DNA of 64,000 nt, from contig OY782781.1 of the NCBI GenBank assembly GCA_963678315.1, forward strand, positions 2,816,001-2,880,000, written 5' to 3'. The position numbers and the translations under genes were made by a program. The DNA comes from Candidatus Cloacimonadales bacterium. GTDB lineage: Bacteria; Cloacimonadota; Cloacimonadia; Cloacimonadales; JAFGVF01. Each line of letters starts with the position of its first letter. The first letter of the stretch is position 1. The notes beneath the pieces were generated by a model. That model worked only from the letters and a program-made list of their open reading frames with translations, made no database searches and had not been told where the DNA came from. Shown piece after piece: positions 1 through 10,765 of the stretch.

Positions 1-1
1 A

Positions 2-2095
2 AAAAGACCTCAAGATGGTGCTCCAAGACCAGATAGATCAAAAACATCTCCTAGATTTAACCCAGCGAATAATACAGCTAAAGTGCAACCAGTAGATGCT
101 CTAGCTAAAACTGATATTTCTAAGAAGTTTGGGAAAAACAAAAAGTCATCTAAAGACTTTGGAGAATCTTCAAAACATATCAAGAATAAATTAAAATCTT
201 CAAAGAAGAAGAGTAAATACGTAGATTATTCAAAAGAATTGGATGAAGCGACTATTTCAAAGAATATCAAAAAGACTTTGAGAAAGACTAAAAAGAACAA
301 AAAATATCATAAAGAAGCTCAATCTTCAAGCCAACAGGTTGTTGACGGTGTAATTAAAATTAGTGAATTTACTTCTGTAAGTGAATTAGCTAGAATTATT
401 GGTGTTCCTGCTACTGATATTATTGGTAAGTTCTTTGCAGCTGGTCAAATGGTTACTATTAACCAAAGATTAGATAAAGATTCATTAGAGTTAATGTGTG
501 CTGAGTATGATTTAGAATATCAATTTGAAGATGAAGTAGGAACAGATGTTCTTAAAAAAGACACTGATGAATATGATGATGTAGAATTTGTTGAAAGATC
601 ACCAATTGTTACCATCATGGGGCATGTTGATCATGGTAAAACTTCAATTCTTGATTATATCAGAAATGAAAATGTTGTTGCTGGTGAATCTGGTGGAATC
701 ACACAACATATTGGTGCCTATCAAATTACTTACAACGATAGAAGAATAACATTCTTAGATACTCCAGGTCATGAAGCTTTCTCTGCTATGAGATCTAGAG
801 GTGCTAATGTTACAGATATTGCTGTAATTGTTGTAGCTGCAAATGACGGTGTAATGCCTCAAACTATTGAAGCTATTGACCATGCTAAAGCAGCGGGTGT
901 GACAATTGTCGTTGCAATAAATAAATGCGATTTACCTGAAGCAAATGTAGATAAGACTATTGCAGAACTTCTTGAAAAAGGTGTTTATTTAGAAGGTTAC
1001 GGTGGTGAAATACTTTGGGGACAATGTTCAGCAAAAACTGGAGAAGGTGTTAATGAACTTCTTGATTTAATGCTCCTTTCAGCCGAAATGGATGAATATT
1101 CAGCAAGATATGAAGTTCCTGGTGAAGGTATTGTTATTGAATCACAAAAAGACGCTAGAATGGGTTCTATCATCACAGTTCTTTTACGTGAAGGACGCTT
1201 AAAGAAAGGCGATAACATTGTTTGTGGTGCAACTTATGGTAAAGTTAGAAAACTTGAAAATGAGCGTGGTACTGAAATCAATGAATTGGGACCTTCCGAT
1301 GTTGCTAGACTTTTTGGTCTGAATGATGTTCCAAAAGCTGGTGATGTACTTAATGTAGTAGAATCTGATAAAATTGCAAAAAGCATTTCTTCTGAACGTC
1401 AGTTAATTAGAAGAGAAAGAGAAAACTTCCAAAACAAAGCAAGTTTGAATAATATATTTGATAGAATTAAAGAAAATCAACTAACAGATTTAAACTTAAT
1501 TGTTAAAGCTGATACTGACGGATCTGTTGAAGCATTATGTGACTCATTTGAGAAACTTTCTAACGATGAAGTTAAGGTACAGATCATTAGAAAGTCCGTT
1601 GGTGGTATCAATGAAGCTGACATTAGTTTAGCATCTGCCTCTGACGCTGTTATTATTGGTTTCCATGTTAGATCATCTGCAAAAGCACAGAAATTAGCTG
1701 ATTTAGAAGGTGTTGAAGTTAAGCTATACCACATTATTTATGATGCGATTTTAGATGTTAAATCTGCTATTGAAGGTATGCTATCTCCTACATTAGTAGA
1801 AAAAGCTATAGGTTCAGCTAGAGTTAAAGAAGTATTTAAAATTAAGAAAGTTGGTAATATTGCCGGTTGTGCAGTTGAATCAGGTTACATTCTTAATGAT
1901 GCTAAAGCAAGAATTTATCGTAATGATGTAATGCTTTATGAAGGCAACCTTTCTTCATTAAAACACTTTGCAAATGATGCTAAAGAAGTAAAAGCAGGTA
2001 CAGAATGTGGTATCGGTTTTGAAAACTATAATGATTTAAAAGAAGGTGATGTTATCGAATCATACATCATTGTAGAAGAGAAGAAGACCTTGTAA
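2..2095 (+). CDS. infB: Translation initiation factor IF-2 (5' end lies outside the window)
   Basis: GHVDHGKT, GGITQHIGAY, DTPGHEAF and NKCD G-motifs; the frame is open from base 2, so the GTG at 83 is internal. Confidence 0.98.
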   Translation, partial: KRPQDGAPRPDRSKTSPRFNPANNTAKVQPVDALAKTDISKKFGKNKKSSKDFGESSKHIKNKLKSSKKKSKYVDYSKELDEATISKNIKKTLRKTKKNKKYHKEAQSSSQQVVDGVIKISEFTSVSELARIIGVPATDIIGKFFAAGQMVTINQRLDKDSLELMCAEYDLEYQFEDEVGTDVLKKDTDEYDDVEFVERSPIVTIMGHVDHGKTSILDYIRNENVVAGESGGITQHIGAYQITYNDRRITFLDTPGHEAFSAMRSRGANVTDIAVIVVAANDGVMPQTIEAIDHAKAAGVTIVVAINKCDLPEANVDKTIAELLEKGVYLEGYGGEILWGQCSAKTGEGVNELLDLMLLSAEMDEYSARYEVPGEGIVIESQKDARMGSIITVLLREGRLKKGDNIVCGATYGKVRKLENERGTEINELGPSDVARLFGLNDVPKAGDVLNVVESDKIAKSISSERQLIRRERENFQNKASLNNIFDRIKENQLTDLNLIVKADTDGSVEALCDSFEKLSNDEVKVQIIRKSVGGINEADISLASASDAVIIGFHVRSSAKAQKLADLEGVEVKLYHIIYDAILDVKSAIEGMLSPTLVEKAIGSARVKEVFKIKKVGNIAGCAVESGYILNDAKARIYRNDVMLYEGNLSSLKHFANDAKEVKAGTECGIGFENYNDLKEGDVIESYIIVEEKKTL

Positions 2096-2096
2096 T

Positions 2097-2450
2097 ATGG
2101 CATCTATCAAAATATTAAGACTACAAAAAGAATTGATTAAACTATTCAATTCTAAAGTTATATATAAATTAAGAGACGAGCGTCTGAGTGGTATTTACTT
2201 CTCAGACGTGGTTGTCACTTCTGATTTAAGATTAGCTAAAATCTACTTTAATAACCCATATTCTGATTTGAATAAAAATGAGATGGTCAATATCTTAACT
2301 AAAGCTTCAGGGCAATTCAAAAAGATTATTGCAGAAGCTAAACTTATGAGAATCATTCCAGACCTTCATTTTTACTATGATAATACACAAGAAAATGTTG
2401 AGAAAATTAACAGTCTTCTTGATGCAATTAAGGAAGATGAAGATGAATAG
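2097..2450 (+). CDS. rbfA: Ribosome-binding factor A
   Basis: Directly after infB; V..SDLRLAKIY and LR.IPDLHFYYD motifs; 117 aa. Confidence 0.93.
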   Translation: MASIKILRLQKELIKLFNSKVIYKLRDERLSGIYFSDVVVTSDLRLAKIYFNNPYSDLNKNEMVNILTKASGQFKKIIAEAKLMRIIPDLHFYYDNTQENVEKINSLLDAIKEDEDE

Positions 2451-3450
2451 ACTGAATACTATTGAAGACTTATATAATAAATTTCAAGCTTTAGCAGCTC
2501 TGAATAAAGTATCTAATGAATCAATAGGAATTATAACTCATGTTAATCCCGATGGAGACGGTTTAGCAGTTGCATTAGGAATTAAAAAGCTAATGACGTT
2601 CTTTGGTGTTAATATGGATATAATTCTTTCAGATGAAGGGTTAGATAAGTTAAATTATCTTGATGTTAATGACAATGTTATCAAGTGGTCAGAAAATATG
2701 CATTATGACAACTTGTTAGTTATTGATTGCCATAGCTTAGATAGGTTAGGTAATTGTGAAAAACTGATAGATTCAGCTCAGAATATTTTAATCATTGATC
2801 ATCACGTTGCAAATGATGTTATTGAAAGAGCTAGTTATTATATTGATGAATCAGTTGCTTGTGTTGGAGATATAGTTTATCATCTACTTGAAGATGATCT
2901 TAAAAAAGCTGATCCAGAAACCCAAAAATACTTTGCAGAAGCAATATATACTTCTATTCTAAATGATACAAACAACTTTCTTAACCAAAATGTCGATGAA
3001 GCTGTTTTTAGAATATCAGCTGAGTTATTGAAATATGGCTTGCAAACTTCAACTATAGCAAAAAAATTCTTATATGACAGAGAATATGCAGAGATGCTGA
3101 TGATTGGAGAAAGTTTATCAACATTGGATAAACACTTTGACAGTAAAGTTCTTATTTTCCATACAACAAGAGAAATGCTAGATAAAAATAATTTAGATGA
3201 TAGCGCTACCTCAAAGATGACTCAATGGGTTAAAGGAATCAAAGGTGTCGATCTCATAGTCTACTATTGGGAAAAAACAGAGAATTCTTACAAATTCAGT
3301 CTAAGATCAGACAATCTAAATGTTCAACGTCTAGCAATGAATTTTGGCGGCGGAGGTCATGTTCGTGCTGCTGGATTCCCTGCAAATGGAGATATCAAAG
3401 AAATCTTAGCTGAATTATTTAGATTAATAGAAAAAGAGATATATGGATAA
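2443..3450 (+). CDS. nrnA: DHH/DHHA1 phosphoesterase (NrnA-like nanoRNase/pAp phosphatase)
   Basis: HVNPDGD, IIDHH, SLRS and GGGGHVRAAG motifs; conserved rbfA-DHH-truB synteny; start placed at the ATG overlapping the rbfA stop region. Confidence 0.9.
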   Translation: MNRLNTIEDLYNKFQALAALNKVSNESIGIITHVNPDGDGLAVALGIKKLMTFFGVNMDIILSDEGLDKLNYLDVNDNVIKWSENMHYDNLLVIDCHSLDRLGNCEKLIDSAQNILIIDHHVANDVIERASYYIDESVACVGDIVYHLLEDDLKKADPETQKYFAEAIYTSILNDTNNFLNQNVDEAVFRISAELLKYGLQTSTIAKKFLYDREYAEMLMIGESLSTLDKHFDSKVLIFHTTREMLDKNNLDDSATSKMTQWVKGIKGVDLIVYYWEKTENSYKFSLRSDNLNVQRLAMNFGGGGHVRAAGFPANGDIKEILAELFRLIEKEIYG

Positions 3451-4303
3451 AATTGGTGTTATTTTAGTTAGGAAACCTGTTGGTATTACATCTTTTGATA
3501 TTATTAGGAAGCTAAGAAGAGTTACAAAGATAAGACAAATAGGTCATACCGGAACACTTGATCCCTTTGCTGAAGGACTAATGCAGATTTTAGTTGGGAA
3601 AGCTACCAAGATTGCTCAATATCTAACTGTTAGTGATAAAGTTTATCAAGTTGAAATGAAATTTGGAATTAAAACAGATACTGGTGATATAACTGGCCAA
3701 CAAATTGAAAGTCAAGAATTAGCTAATTTTGATATTGATGTTGAAGATTTAAAGAAGAGAGCAGAAGCGATTACTTGTCAAGTGCCACCAAAATATTCAG
3801 CAATCAAAGTAAATGGAACAAGAGCCTATAAATTAGCCAGAAATAATCAAGAATTTGAATTAGAAGCTAGACCGGTAAAGATTTCAGAATTCGAGCTTTT
3901 AAACATTGACTTTCCTTATATGACATACAAATGTAGAGTAAGTAAAGGTACTTATATTAGAACTTTATCTGAGCAAATTGCTGAGTTTTACAATACAATT
4001 AGCACCACTACTAAGTTAATAAGGAAATCTGTAGACCAACATGATATTTCTAAAGCGGTTTTATTAGATGATTTGAATGAAGATAACTGGCAAGATTACC
4101 TCCTACCTATTGATTACATCATGAATAACTCAGTTTATGATCTCACTTCTGATGAGTATAAATACTTCTATCATGGTCGTCAAATTGCAACAGACAACTT
4201 TACCTCTTCTTCAAATATTATCCTTGTAAAGTATGAGAATAATGTTGTAGGGTTAGCAAGTCACACAAACAATGTTCTCTCCCCTAAAAAGGTATTCAAA
4301 TGA
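3443..4303 (+). CDS. truB: tRNA pseudouridine(55) synthase
   Basis: KPVGITS, GHTGTLDP, QVPPKYSAIKVNG and SKGTYIRTL motifs. Confidence 0.97.
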   Translation: MDKIGVILVRKPVGITSFDIIRKLRRVTKIRQIGHTGTLDPFAEGLMQILVGKATKIAQYLTVSDKVYQVEMKFGIKTDTGDITGQQIESQELANFDIDVEDLKKRAEAITCQVPPKYSAIKVNGTRAYKLARNNQEFELEARPVKISEFELLNIDFPYMTYKCRVSKGTYIRTLSEQIAEFYNTISTTTKLIRKSVDQHDISKAVLLDDLNEDNWQDYLLPIDYIMNNSVYDLTSDEYKYFYHGRQIATDNFTSSSNIILVKYENNVVGLASHTNNVLSPKKVFK

Positions 4304-5199
4304 CTAAAAACTATGTATTGACCATGGGAAACTTTGATGGTGTTCATATTGGTCACTGCAAGCTCTTACTTAAATTACGTGAAGTAGCTATTGAATTAAA
4401 TTGTGAGCCTATAATTATTACTTATGAGAATCATTCAAAAGATATTTTACAAGATGGAAAAGCTCCCTATATTCTCACAACAGCCAGGCAAAAAGAAGAG
4501 ATTCTTAAGGATAGAGGCTTTCATAATATTAAATTTATTATGTTTACTAAAGAACTAGCAAATATGAGTCCTTTAGAATTTCTACAAAAAGAAATCTATG
4601 ATAAATATAAACCTAAGGCTATAGTACTTGGATACGACTCTCATTTTGGGAAGAATAGAGAGGGTAACTATGAATTTGTCAAGCAACATGAGAAGCAATT
4701 TAATTACAAAACTTATCAGGTTTCACCATTAATTGTTGACGGAGAGATTGTGAGTTCATCTCTTGTAAGAAAGTTAATCATTAATGGTAAGTTATCATCT
4801 GCAAATTATTATTTAAAAAGAACCTTTGCTTTTTGGGGTTCAATAACTAAAGGGAAAAAGATTGGAAGAACACTGGGTTACCCAACAATTAATATTAAAC
4901 CAATCAGTAAATTCCAGCTTACCCCACCTTCTGGTATATATTATACAAAAACCAAAATTATGGGTATAAAGTATGATTCTGTAACAAACATTGGAACAAA
5001 TCCTACTGTCTCTGATAATAATGAGTTAAAGATAGAGACCTTCATTCTAAAGTTTGAACAAAATATTTATGGACAAGTTATAGAGACTCTATTCATTAAG
5101 AAATTAAGAGAAGAAAAAAAATTCACTAATTTAGAAAGCTTAAAAGAAGCAATTAAACAAGATGTTCAAAATGTTGAGAGGATTATTAGTAATGAGTAA
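4300..5199 (+). CDS. ribF: Bifunctional riboflavin kinase/FAD synthetase
   Basis: GNFDGVHIGH, SSSLVR, GRTLGYPTIN and NIGTNPT motifs. Confidence 0.96.
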   Translation: MTKNYVLTMGNFDGVHIGHCKLLLKLREVAIELNCEPIIITYENHSKDILQDGKAPYILTTARQKEEILKDRGFHNIKFIMFTKELANMSPLEFLQKEIYDKYKPKAIVLGYDSHFGKNREGNYEFVKQHEKQFNYKTYQVSPLIVDGEIVSSSLVRKLIINGKLSSANYYLKRTFAFWGSITKGKKIGRTLGYPTINIKPISKFQLTPPSGIYYTKTKIMGIKYDSVTNIGTNPTVSDNNELKIETFILKFEQNIYGQVIETLFIKKLREEKKFTNLESLKEAIKQDVQNVERIISNE

Positions 5200-7081
5200 T
5201 TTTAGAAAATTCTATTTAGTTCTACTTGTGGTTATGTCTTTTATAACGATTAATCTTGAGAGTATTGAGAGAAGTTCAATCAACTATAATACCACAGAAG
5301 TAAGAGATTATAGCTTACATTATTTTGAAGATGATAGTCCTACTTCAAATTGGTATGGTGCAGAGAGTTGGGCTGTTAAGTTTATTGCATCTGACTTTAA
5401 TCTAGCAGCGTCTGAGATGACCATAGAGAAAGTAAAAATATATTTCCCTACGCCATCTACTGATGGGGTTAATATCCGAGCTTACACCTATGATGAAAAC
5501 TCTATTAGTGATCCTCAAGAAGGAACTGAAGTTCTAGATCTTAATGTTCAAGATTTTGAGATTAATGAAGCAGATTGGTATGAATTTACTCTTACTCAAC
5601 CATATACTGGAGAAGGATTATGGATTGTTATTGATAAAGAAACTAACTATCAAGATGAATTCATGGCTACAAGATCTGGAAATGGTCAAAATAGCTATTA
5701 CAAGGTAGTGGATGGTAGCGATGCTTATTTTAGAAGTTTTGCAGATGTTCAAATAGAACAAGAGTTATTAGTTAAAGTTTTTGCTACTCTTGAACTAGAA
5801 GAAAGCACAATAGAACTTAAAGATGTTTCTGTTAATCACCTTGAAGATAATGATTGGAGTATAAACTACCAAATTTACAATTACTCAGATGAAGTGATAG
5901 ATAACGACACCTTGCTTGTTACGATTTCTCACCCTGACTCTGAAATATTTCCTGATTCTTTATATAAGTTCAACCCTGTTCTTCAGCCTGAATCATTAAA
6001 TGAAAATGCTGGAAATGAATTTATTATAAATCTACCAATAGAAAATTCTCAATTCAAGATTAATATCCAGTTAAAGAAAGCTTCAGATAATACTATTTAT
6101 GGTTCAAAGCTGTTACTGGTCGATAATTTTAATAGCTATGATCAACAGGTTCATATATTTAACATGATGTCTTCAGTTTATCCTTTTACTGATTTAATAC
6201 TTGAAACTCAAAGAAGTATTGCAGAAAGCAATTGGAATATAATCAATTTTGGTGTAGATATTAATGACCCACTTTTCTATTCAAATGCAGCCTTCAACTA
6301 CTATAATGACTACGGTGTTAGTTCATTCCCAATGACAATAATCAACGGTGATACTTACTATACGGGTTATAATATAGAATCAATCGAAAGTAACCTAGTT
6401 GAAAATTCTTACAATATAAAGCAACTATTTACTACCATAACAGATAGTTTATACAGTGAAGATGGAATAATTTCCTTCCAGCACTATTTTAATTATGGCA
6501 ATAAGTATGTTTTCGATAGTTTTACTAATAACCTAGCTTTGAAAGTATACCTATTGCAAGAATCTAAACACTATTCTGATGAGGGTGATTATTTTATTGT
6601 TCAAGAATTAGATGATGTCAGCTATGATTTTGAAAGATTACTTACTAACGAAGAAGCTTATGTTAGTGTAAACTACGACCCTAACAATGTTGATACTCTC
6701 CAAACTGATTCAAATGGTCCTATGAAAAGTATTATATATATTTATAACGAGGAGACATTCCAGACAGTTTCTGTTACAGAGTACAGCTTTGAGAACAACA
6801 TATTTGTTAGCAATGACAACTCAGAAGTTATTCCTTCTGAAATAATTAAATTTTACCCCAACCCATGTAAATCAGGAAAATACCTTAATCTAAATTCAAA
6901 TAGAAATGATATTGAGAAAGTTAATATTTACAACATTAGAGGACAGAAAATTGAAACTGTAAATGTTGATGCAAATGGGATAAAAATTCCTCAAAAGATG
7001 GCAAGTGGAGTTTACTTACTACGTCCCATTGGCAAAAATGGATTTAGCTATAAAACACAAAAAAGTGTAATTATTAAATAA
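5192..7081 (+). CDS. Secreted protein with a T9SS/FlgD-like C-terminal domain
   Basis: Signal-peptide-like N-terminus from the Met at 5192; C-terminal FYPNP...IYNIRGQK...SGVY...K motif. Confidence 0.75.
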   Translation: MSNFRKFYLVLLVVMSFITINLESIERSSINYNTTEVRDYSLHYFEDDSPTSNWYGAESWAVKFIASDFNLAASEMTIEKVKIYFPTPSTDGVNIRAYTYDENSISDPQEGTEVLDLNVQDFEINEADWYEFTLTQPYTGEGLWIVIDKETNYQDEFMATRSGNGQNSYYKVVDGSDAYFRSFADVQIEQELLVKVFATLELEESTIELKDVSVNHLEDNDWSINYQIYNYSDEVIDNDTLLVTISHPDSEIFPDSLYKFNPVLQPESLNENAGNEFIINLPIENSQFKINIQLKKASDNTIYGSKLLLVDNFNSYDQQVHIFNMMSSVYPFTDLILETQRSIAESNWNIINFGVDINDPLFYSNAAFNYYNDYGVSSFPMTIINGDTYYTGYNIESIESNLVENSYNIKQLFTTITDSLYSEDGIISFQHYFNYGNKYVFDSFTNNLALKVYLLQESKHYSDEGDYFIVQELDDVSYDFERLLTNEEAYVSVNYDPNNVDTLQTDSNGPMKSIIYIYNEETFQTVSVTEYSFENNIFVSNDNSEVIPSEIIKFYPNPCKSGKYLNLNSNRNDIEKVNIYNIRGQKIETVNVDANGIKIPQKMASGVYLLRPIGKNGFSYKTQKSVIIK

Positions 7082-7090
7082 AGAGGAATC

Positions 7091-8032
7091 ATGAATAGAA
7101 TACAAATTAATGAATTATCAAATCATATTAATTCTGAAATAGAAAGTTACTATTTAGTAACGGAGAAAGAGCTTAGGCAAGGTGCAAAAGACTTTTTTCT
7201 AAGATTGAAATTAGCAGATAATAGTGGTTTTGTAGTTGCTAATATCTGGAGAAATGCTAATGAAAAGGCAGAGATGTTTAATGTTGGAGATGTGTTAAAG
7301 ATTAGAGGTTTAGTTATTAAATACAATAAAAGTATTCAAATAACTATAAATAATATTTTTAATCTTTCCGAAGATGAATATGAAATCTCAGAACTAATCC
7401 CTAGTACTAAGAAAGATATAAATGAATTAGCCGATATCTTTTTCAACTTTATTGATAGTATCAAAGATGAACACCTTAATAGATTAATGAAAATCATTTT
7501 TGAAGAAAAACAATTCTTTAATAGATTCTTAAAATCCCCAGCAGCTAAAAGCTGGCACCATAATTATGCTGGTGGTTTGTTAGAACATTCAATATCAGTG
7601 GCGAAGATATGTGATTTTTCTAGTAATTTGTACGGTTTAGATAGAGATTTAATGATTGCTGGAGCTCTTTTGCATGACGTTGGTAAAGTTGAGGAATACG
7701 ACTCTAATGTAGGTATAGACTTTTCTGATGCAGGAAGACTAATTGGACACTTTGTTATAGCAGACAGAATGATAACTGAAGCAGCCGCTAAAATCGATTT
7801 ATTCCCAGCAAAGAAATTACTAAAACTCAGACACATGATTCTAGCCCATCACGGTGAGTTTGAAAAAGGATCTGTTAGATTACCTCAAACTCTTGAAGCA
7901 ATGGTACTTCATTTAGCTGATAATTTAGATGCTCAAACTGTGGGCGTTAAACAAATTATTGATGCAAGTTCAGATAAGTCTGAATGGTCTGAATTCGATA
8001 AATTGAACCAAAAGTTCTATTATAAAGGTTAA
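7091..8032 (+). CDS. yhaM: OB-fold/HD-domain 3'-5' exoribonuclease (YhaM/Cbf family)
   Basis: N-terminal OB fold; PAAKSWHH..GGLLEHS, LLHDVGK and HHG motifs. Confidence 0.9.
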   Translation: MNRIQINELSNHINSEIESYYLVTEKELRQGAKDFFLRLKLADNSGFVVANIWRNANEKAEMFNVGDVLKIRGLVIKYNKSIQITINNIFNLSEDEYEISELIPSTKKDINELADIFFNFIDSIKDEHLNRLMKIIFEEKQFFNRFLKSPAAKSWHHNYAGGLLEHSISVAKICDFSSNLYGLDRDLMIAGALLHDVGKVEEYDSNVGIDFSDAGRLIGHFVIADRMITEAAAKIDLFPAKKLLKLRHMILAHHGEFEKGSVRLPQTLEAMVLHLADNLDAQTVGVKQIIDASSDKSEWSEFDKLNQKFYYKG

Positions 8033-8034
8033 TC

Positions 8035-8820
8035 ATGCTCAGAACTTCTGTCCTTTTAAGTGGAAGTAAAGGGAACGCTACATTAGTCTTTACTGATAAC
8101 ACATACCTGCTTATTGATGCTGGTTTGTCAGCCAAAAGAATTTTTGCAGCTTTAGACACAATTAGAATTGAGCCCAATAAACTTGATGCAATTTTAATAA
8201 CGCATGAGCATAGTGATCATGTGAAAGGTGCAGGAGTTGTTAGTAGAAAACTCAATATTCCAATTTACTTAACTGAAAGTACTTATAAGTATTGCTCAAA
8301 TAAATTAGGAAATCTTAAAATAGCCCCAATTCATTTCAATGTTGGAGATGATTTATTTATTGGAGACATTAATATTAATGCCTTTAGTTCTTCGCATGAT
8401 GCTATTGATTCTTGTAACTTTGTCTTCCAAAAAAAAGATTGTGTTGATAAGAAACTAGTTTTTGCAACAGATTTAGGAATAGCAACTAAGCTTCTATTAA
8501 AAAAGCTAGAGAATGCAACAACAATTATTCTTGAAAGTAATCATGATGAGAAAATACTCCTTGAAGGTCCTTATCCTTGGGAATTGAAACAAAGGGTTAA
8601 GAGTAACAATGGACACTTATCTAATAAGCAAGCGGTAGCAGTTATTAGCCAAGTTGTACATTCCAATTTGAACAACTTAATACTGGCTCATTTATCTGAA
8701 ACAAACAATACTCCAGAACTTGCAGAAAAAGAAATGAGAGAATATATTCAAGCTATAAATCATACCTTGAATTTATATATAGCAGAACAAAACAATCCAA
8801 CTCCAGTAGTTGTAGTATAA
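8035..8820 (+). CDS. MBL-fold hydrolase, YycJ/WalJ family
   Basis: SGSKGNA, THEHSDH, ESNHD, GHLSN and AHLSE motifs. Confidence 0.9.
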   Translation: MLRTSVLLSGSKGNATLVFTDNTYLLIDAGLSAKRIFAALDTIRIEPNKLDAILITHEHSDHVKGAGVVSRKLNIPIYLTESTYKYCSNKLGNLKIAPIHFNVGDDLFIGDININAFSSSHDAIDSCNFVFQKKDCVDKKLVFATDLGIATKLLLKKLENATTIILESNHDEKILLEGPYPWELKQRVKSNNGHLSNKQAVAVISQVVHSNLNNLILAHLSETNNTPELAEKEMREYIQAINHTLNLYIAEQNNPTPVVVV

Positions 8821-8828
8821 GAGGATTT

Positions 8829-10118
8829 ATGAAATTTTATATAGAAACATATGGATGCCAAATGAATATTTCTGACAGTGAATTAGTTGCAACTATACTT
8901 TCAACTGCTGGTCATATTCAAGCTGATAATATCGAAGACGCAGATGTGATAATTTTTAATACATGCTCAGTAAGACAACATGCTGAAGATAGAGTTATGG
9001 GACGTATAGCTAATGAGAAATCAAGAAAAAGAACAAAAACTAATCTCAAGATAGGGGTTATTGGTTGTATGGCTCAAAGACTTCAAGATGAATTGATTGA
9101 CCTTCAAAAAGAAATCGATTTCGTAGTAGGAGTAGACCAATATAGCGAGTTACCTTTTATAATAGAATCCGATGAACACCTTGCAGTTGATTTCAATAAA
9201 GAAGAGATATACAATGAGATTTACCCTACTAGAAGAGGTAAATTTAATGCATTTGTTACAATTATGAGAGGCTGTAATAATTTCTGTTCTTATTGCATAG
9301 TTCCTTATACAAGAGGAAGAGAGCGTTCTAGACCTTTAAGTGATGTTCTTGAAGAAGTTAGAATTGCTGGTGATAATGGTTATAAAGATATTACACTATT
9401 AGGCCAAAATGTGAATTCTTATGATTATGATGGTGTTAAGTTCCCTGATTTGTTAAGAGAGTTAAATAAGATCGATAACATCAAACGTCTTAGATTTGTT
9501 ACTTCTCACCCAAAAGATTTATCTGATGATTTAGTTATCGCTATGAGTGAGTGTGATAAGGTATGTAAGAATATTCATTTTGCTATGCAGAGCGGAAATA
9601 CTGAAGTTCTAAAACGAATGAATAGAGGCTATACTGCTGAGCACTTCTATGGTAGAATCCTTAAATTAAGGGAATATATGCCAGACATTTCAATTACTAC
9701 TGATGTTATCGCAGGTTTCCCTGGAGAAAGCGAAGAGCAGTTCATGGATACTTATAATTTAATGAAGAAGATTGAATTTGATTATGCTTTCATGTATAAA
9801 TATTCACCAAGAAGAGGAACAAAAGCTGCTGAGTTTACTGATCAAGTTGATGAAGCAGTAAGATTATCAAGACTTCAACGCTTAATTGATATGCAAAGGG
9901 AAGTTACCCTTCATAAATATCAGGCTATGATTGGTAAAATTGTTGAAGTATATGTAGAGAATGTTTCAAAAAAATCTGATGATGAGTTATCAGGAAAGAC
10001 AGACCAATATAAAATATGTGTATTCCCTGGAGATAAAGAATTAATAGGACAATTTGTTAAAGTAAAAATTACAGATGCAACTGCAGGAACCTTGATAGGA
10101 GTGCAATATAATGAGTAA
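8829..10118 (+). CDS. miaB: tRNA-2-methylthio-N6-dimethylallyladenosine synthase
   Basis: TYGCQMN, NTCSVR, radical-SAM CNNFCSYC and a C-terminal TRAM domain. Confidence 0.96.
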   Translation: MKFYIETYGCQMNISDSELVATILSTAGHIQADNIEDADVIIFNTCSVRQHAEDRVMGRIANEKSRKRTKTNLKIGVIGCMAQRLQDELIDLQKEIDFVVGVDQYSELPFIIESDEHLAVDFNKEEIYNEIYPTRRGKFNAFVTIMRGCNNFCSYCIVPYTRGRERSRPLSDVLEEVRIAGDNGYKDITLLGQNVNSYDYDGVKFPDLLRELNKIDNIKRLRFVTSHPKDLSDDLVIAMSECDKVCKNIHFAMQSGNTEVLKRMNRGYTAEHFYGRILKLREYMPDISITTDVIAGFPGESEEQFMDTYNLMKKIEFDYAFMYKYSPRRGTKAAEFTDQVDEAVRLSRLQRLIDMQREVTLHKYQAMIGKIVEVYVENVSKKSDDELSGKTDQYKICVFPGDKELIGQFVKVKITDATAGTLIGVQYNE

Positions 10119-10719
10119 GATAGAATTAACAGATGAGATTATTCAAGACGGTTCATCAAAGAATAAGAAGAAAAGTAGACATCATAAAAAAGTTTTCCGC
10201 AAGTGGTTTATTACATTTTTTTTGCTTTCACTTTTCTTTGGATTTGTAATAATAAAACTCATTGTTGAAACTGTTGATATTCCTTTTAGTAGAAAACAAA
10301 AAGAAGTAGAAAAGACTGTAGTTGATTCTATAGATGTATCTTTACAGAAAATTAATTTTGTAAAGCGTTCTTTCCTACATATATTAGAGAATTCTTTTTG
10401 GGATCATGAGAATTTTACAGATATAAACTATAGTAACAAGAACATCGAATTAGCTGTTAATAATCTTTTTGGCTACCAAGATAAAAACCAAAAATGGGAG
10501 TATATTGATAACTCAGAAGGAGAATTTGTAACTGTAGAAGGTTCTAAGATTCTAAATAATGTTAAGTTCATTACATTAATCAAATTTAGTATTTCTGAAG
10601 ATATGGTCTATTTCCATGATATACAGTTAAAAGAATATAGATATAGAACTAGAGGAAAGTTCATTCCCGCAACTAATAAGCAAAGAGTACATTTAATTCA
10701 AACAATGTACAGAAACTAA
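10111..10719 (+). CDS. Hypothetical single-pass membrane protein
   Basis: Overlaps the miaB stop; basic patch followed by one hydrophobic helix. Confidence 0.7.
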   Translation: MSKIELTDEIIQDGSSKNKKKSRHHKKVFRKWFITFFLLSLFFGFVIIKLIVETVDIPFSRKQKEVEKTVVDSIDVSLQKINFVKRSFLHILENSFWDHENFTDINYSNKNIELAVNNLFGYQDKNQKWEYIDNSEGEFVTVEGSKILNNVKFITLIKFSISEDMVYFHDIQLKEYRYRTRGKFIPATNKQRVHLIQTMYRN

Positions 10720-10765
10720 ATTCAGTAAAATTGGATTAATTAAAGCAAATTAGCTTATGTCTAGC

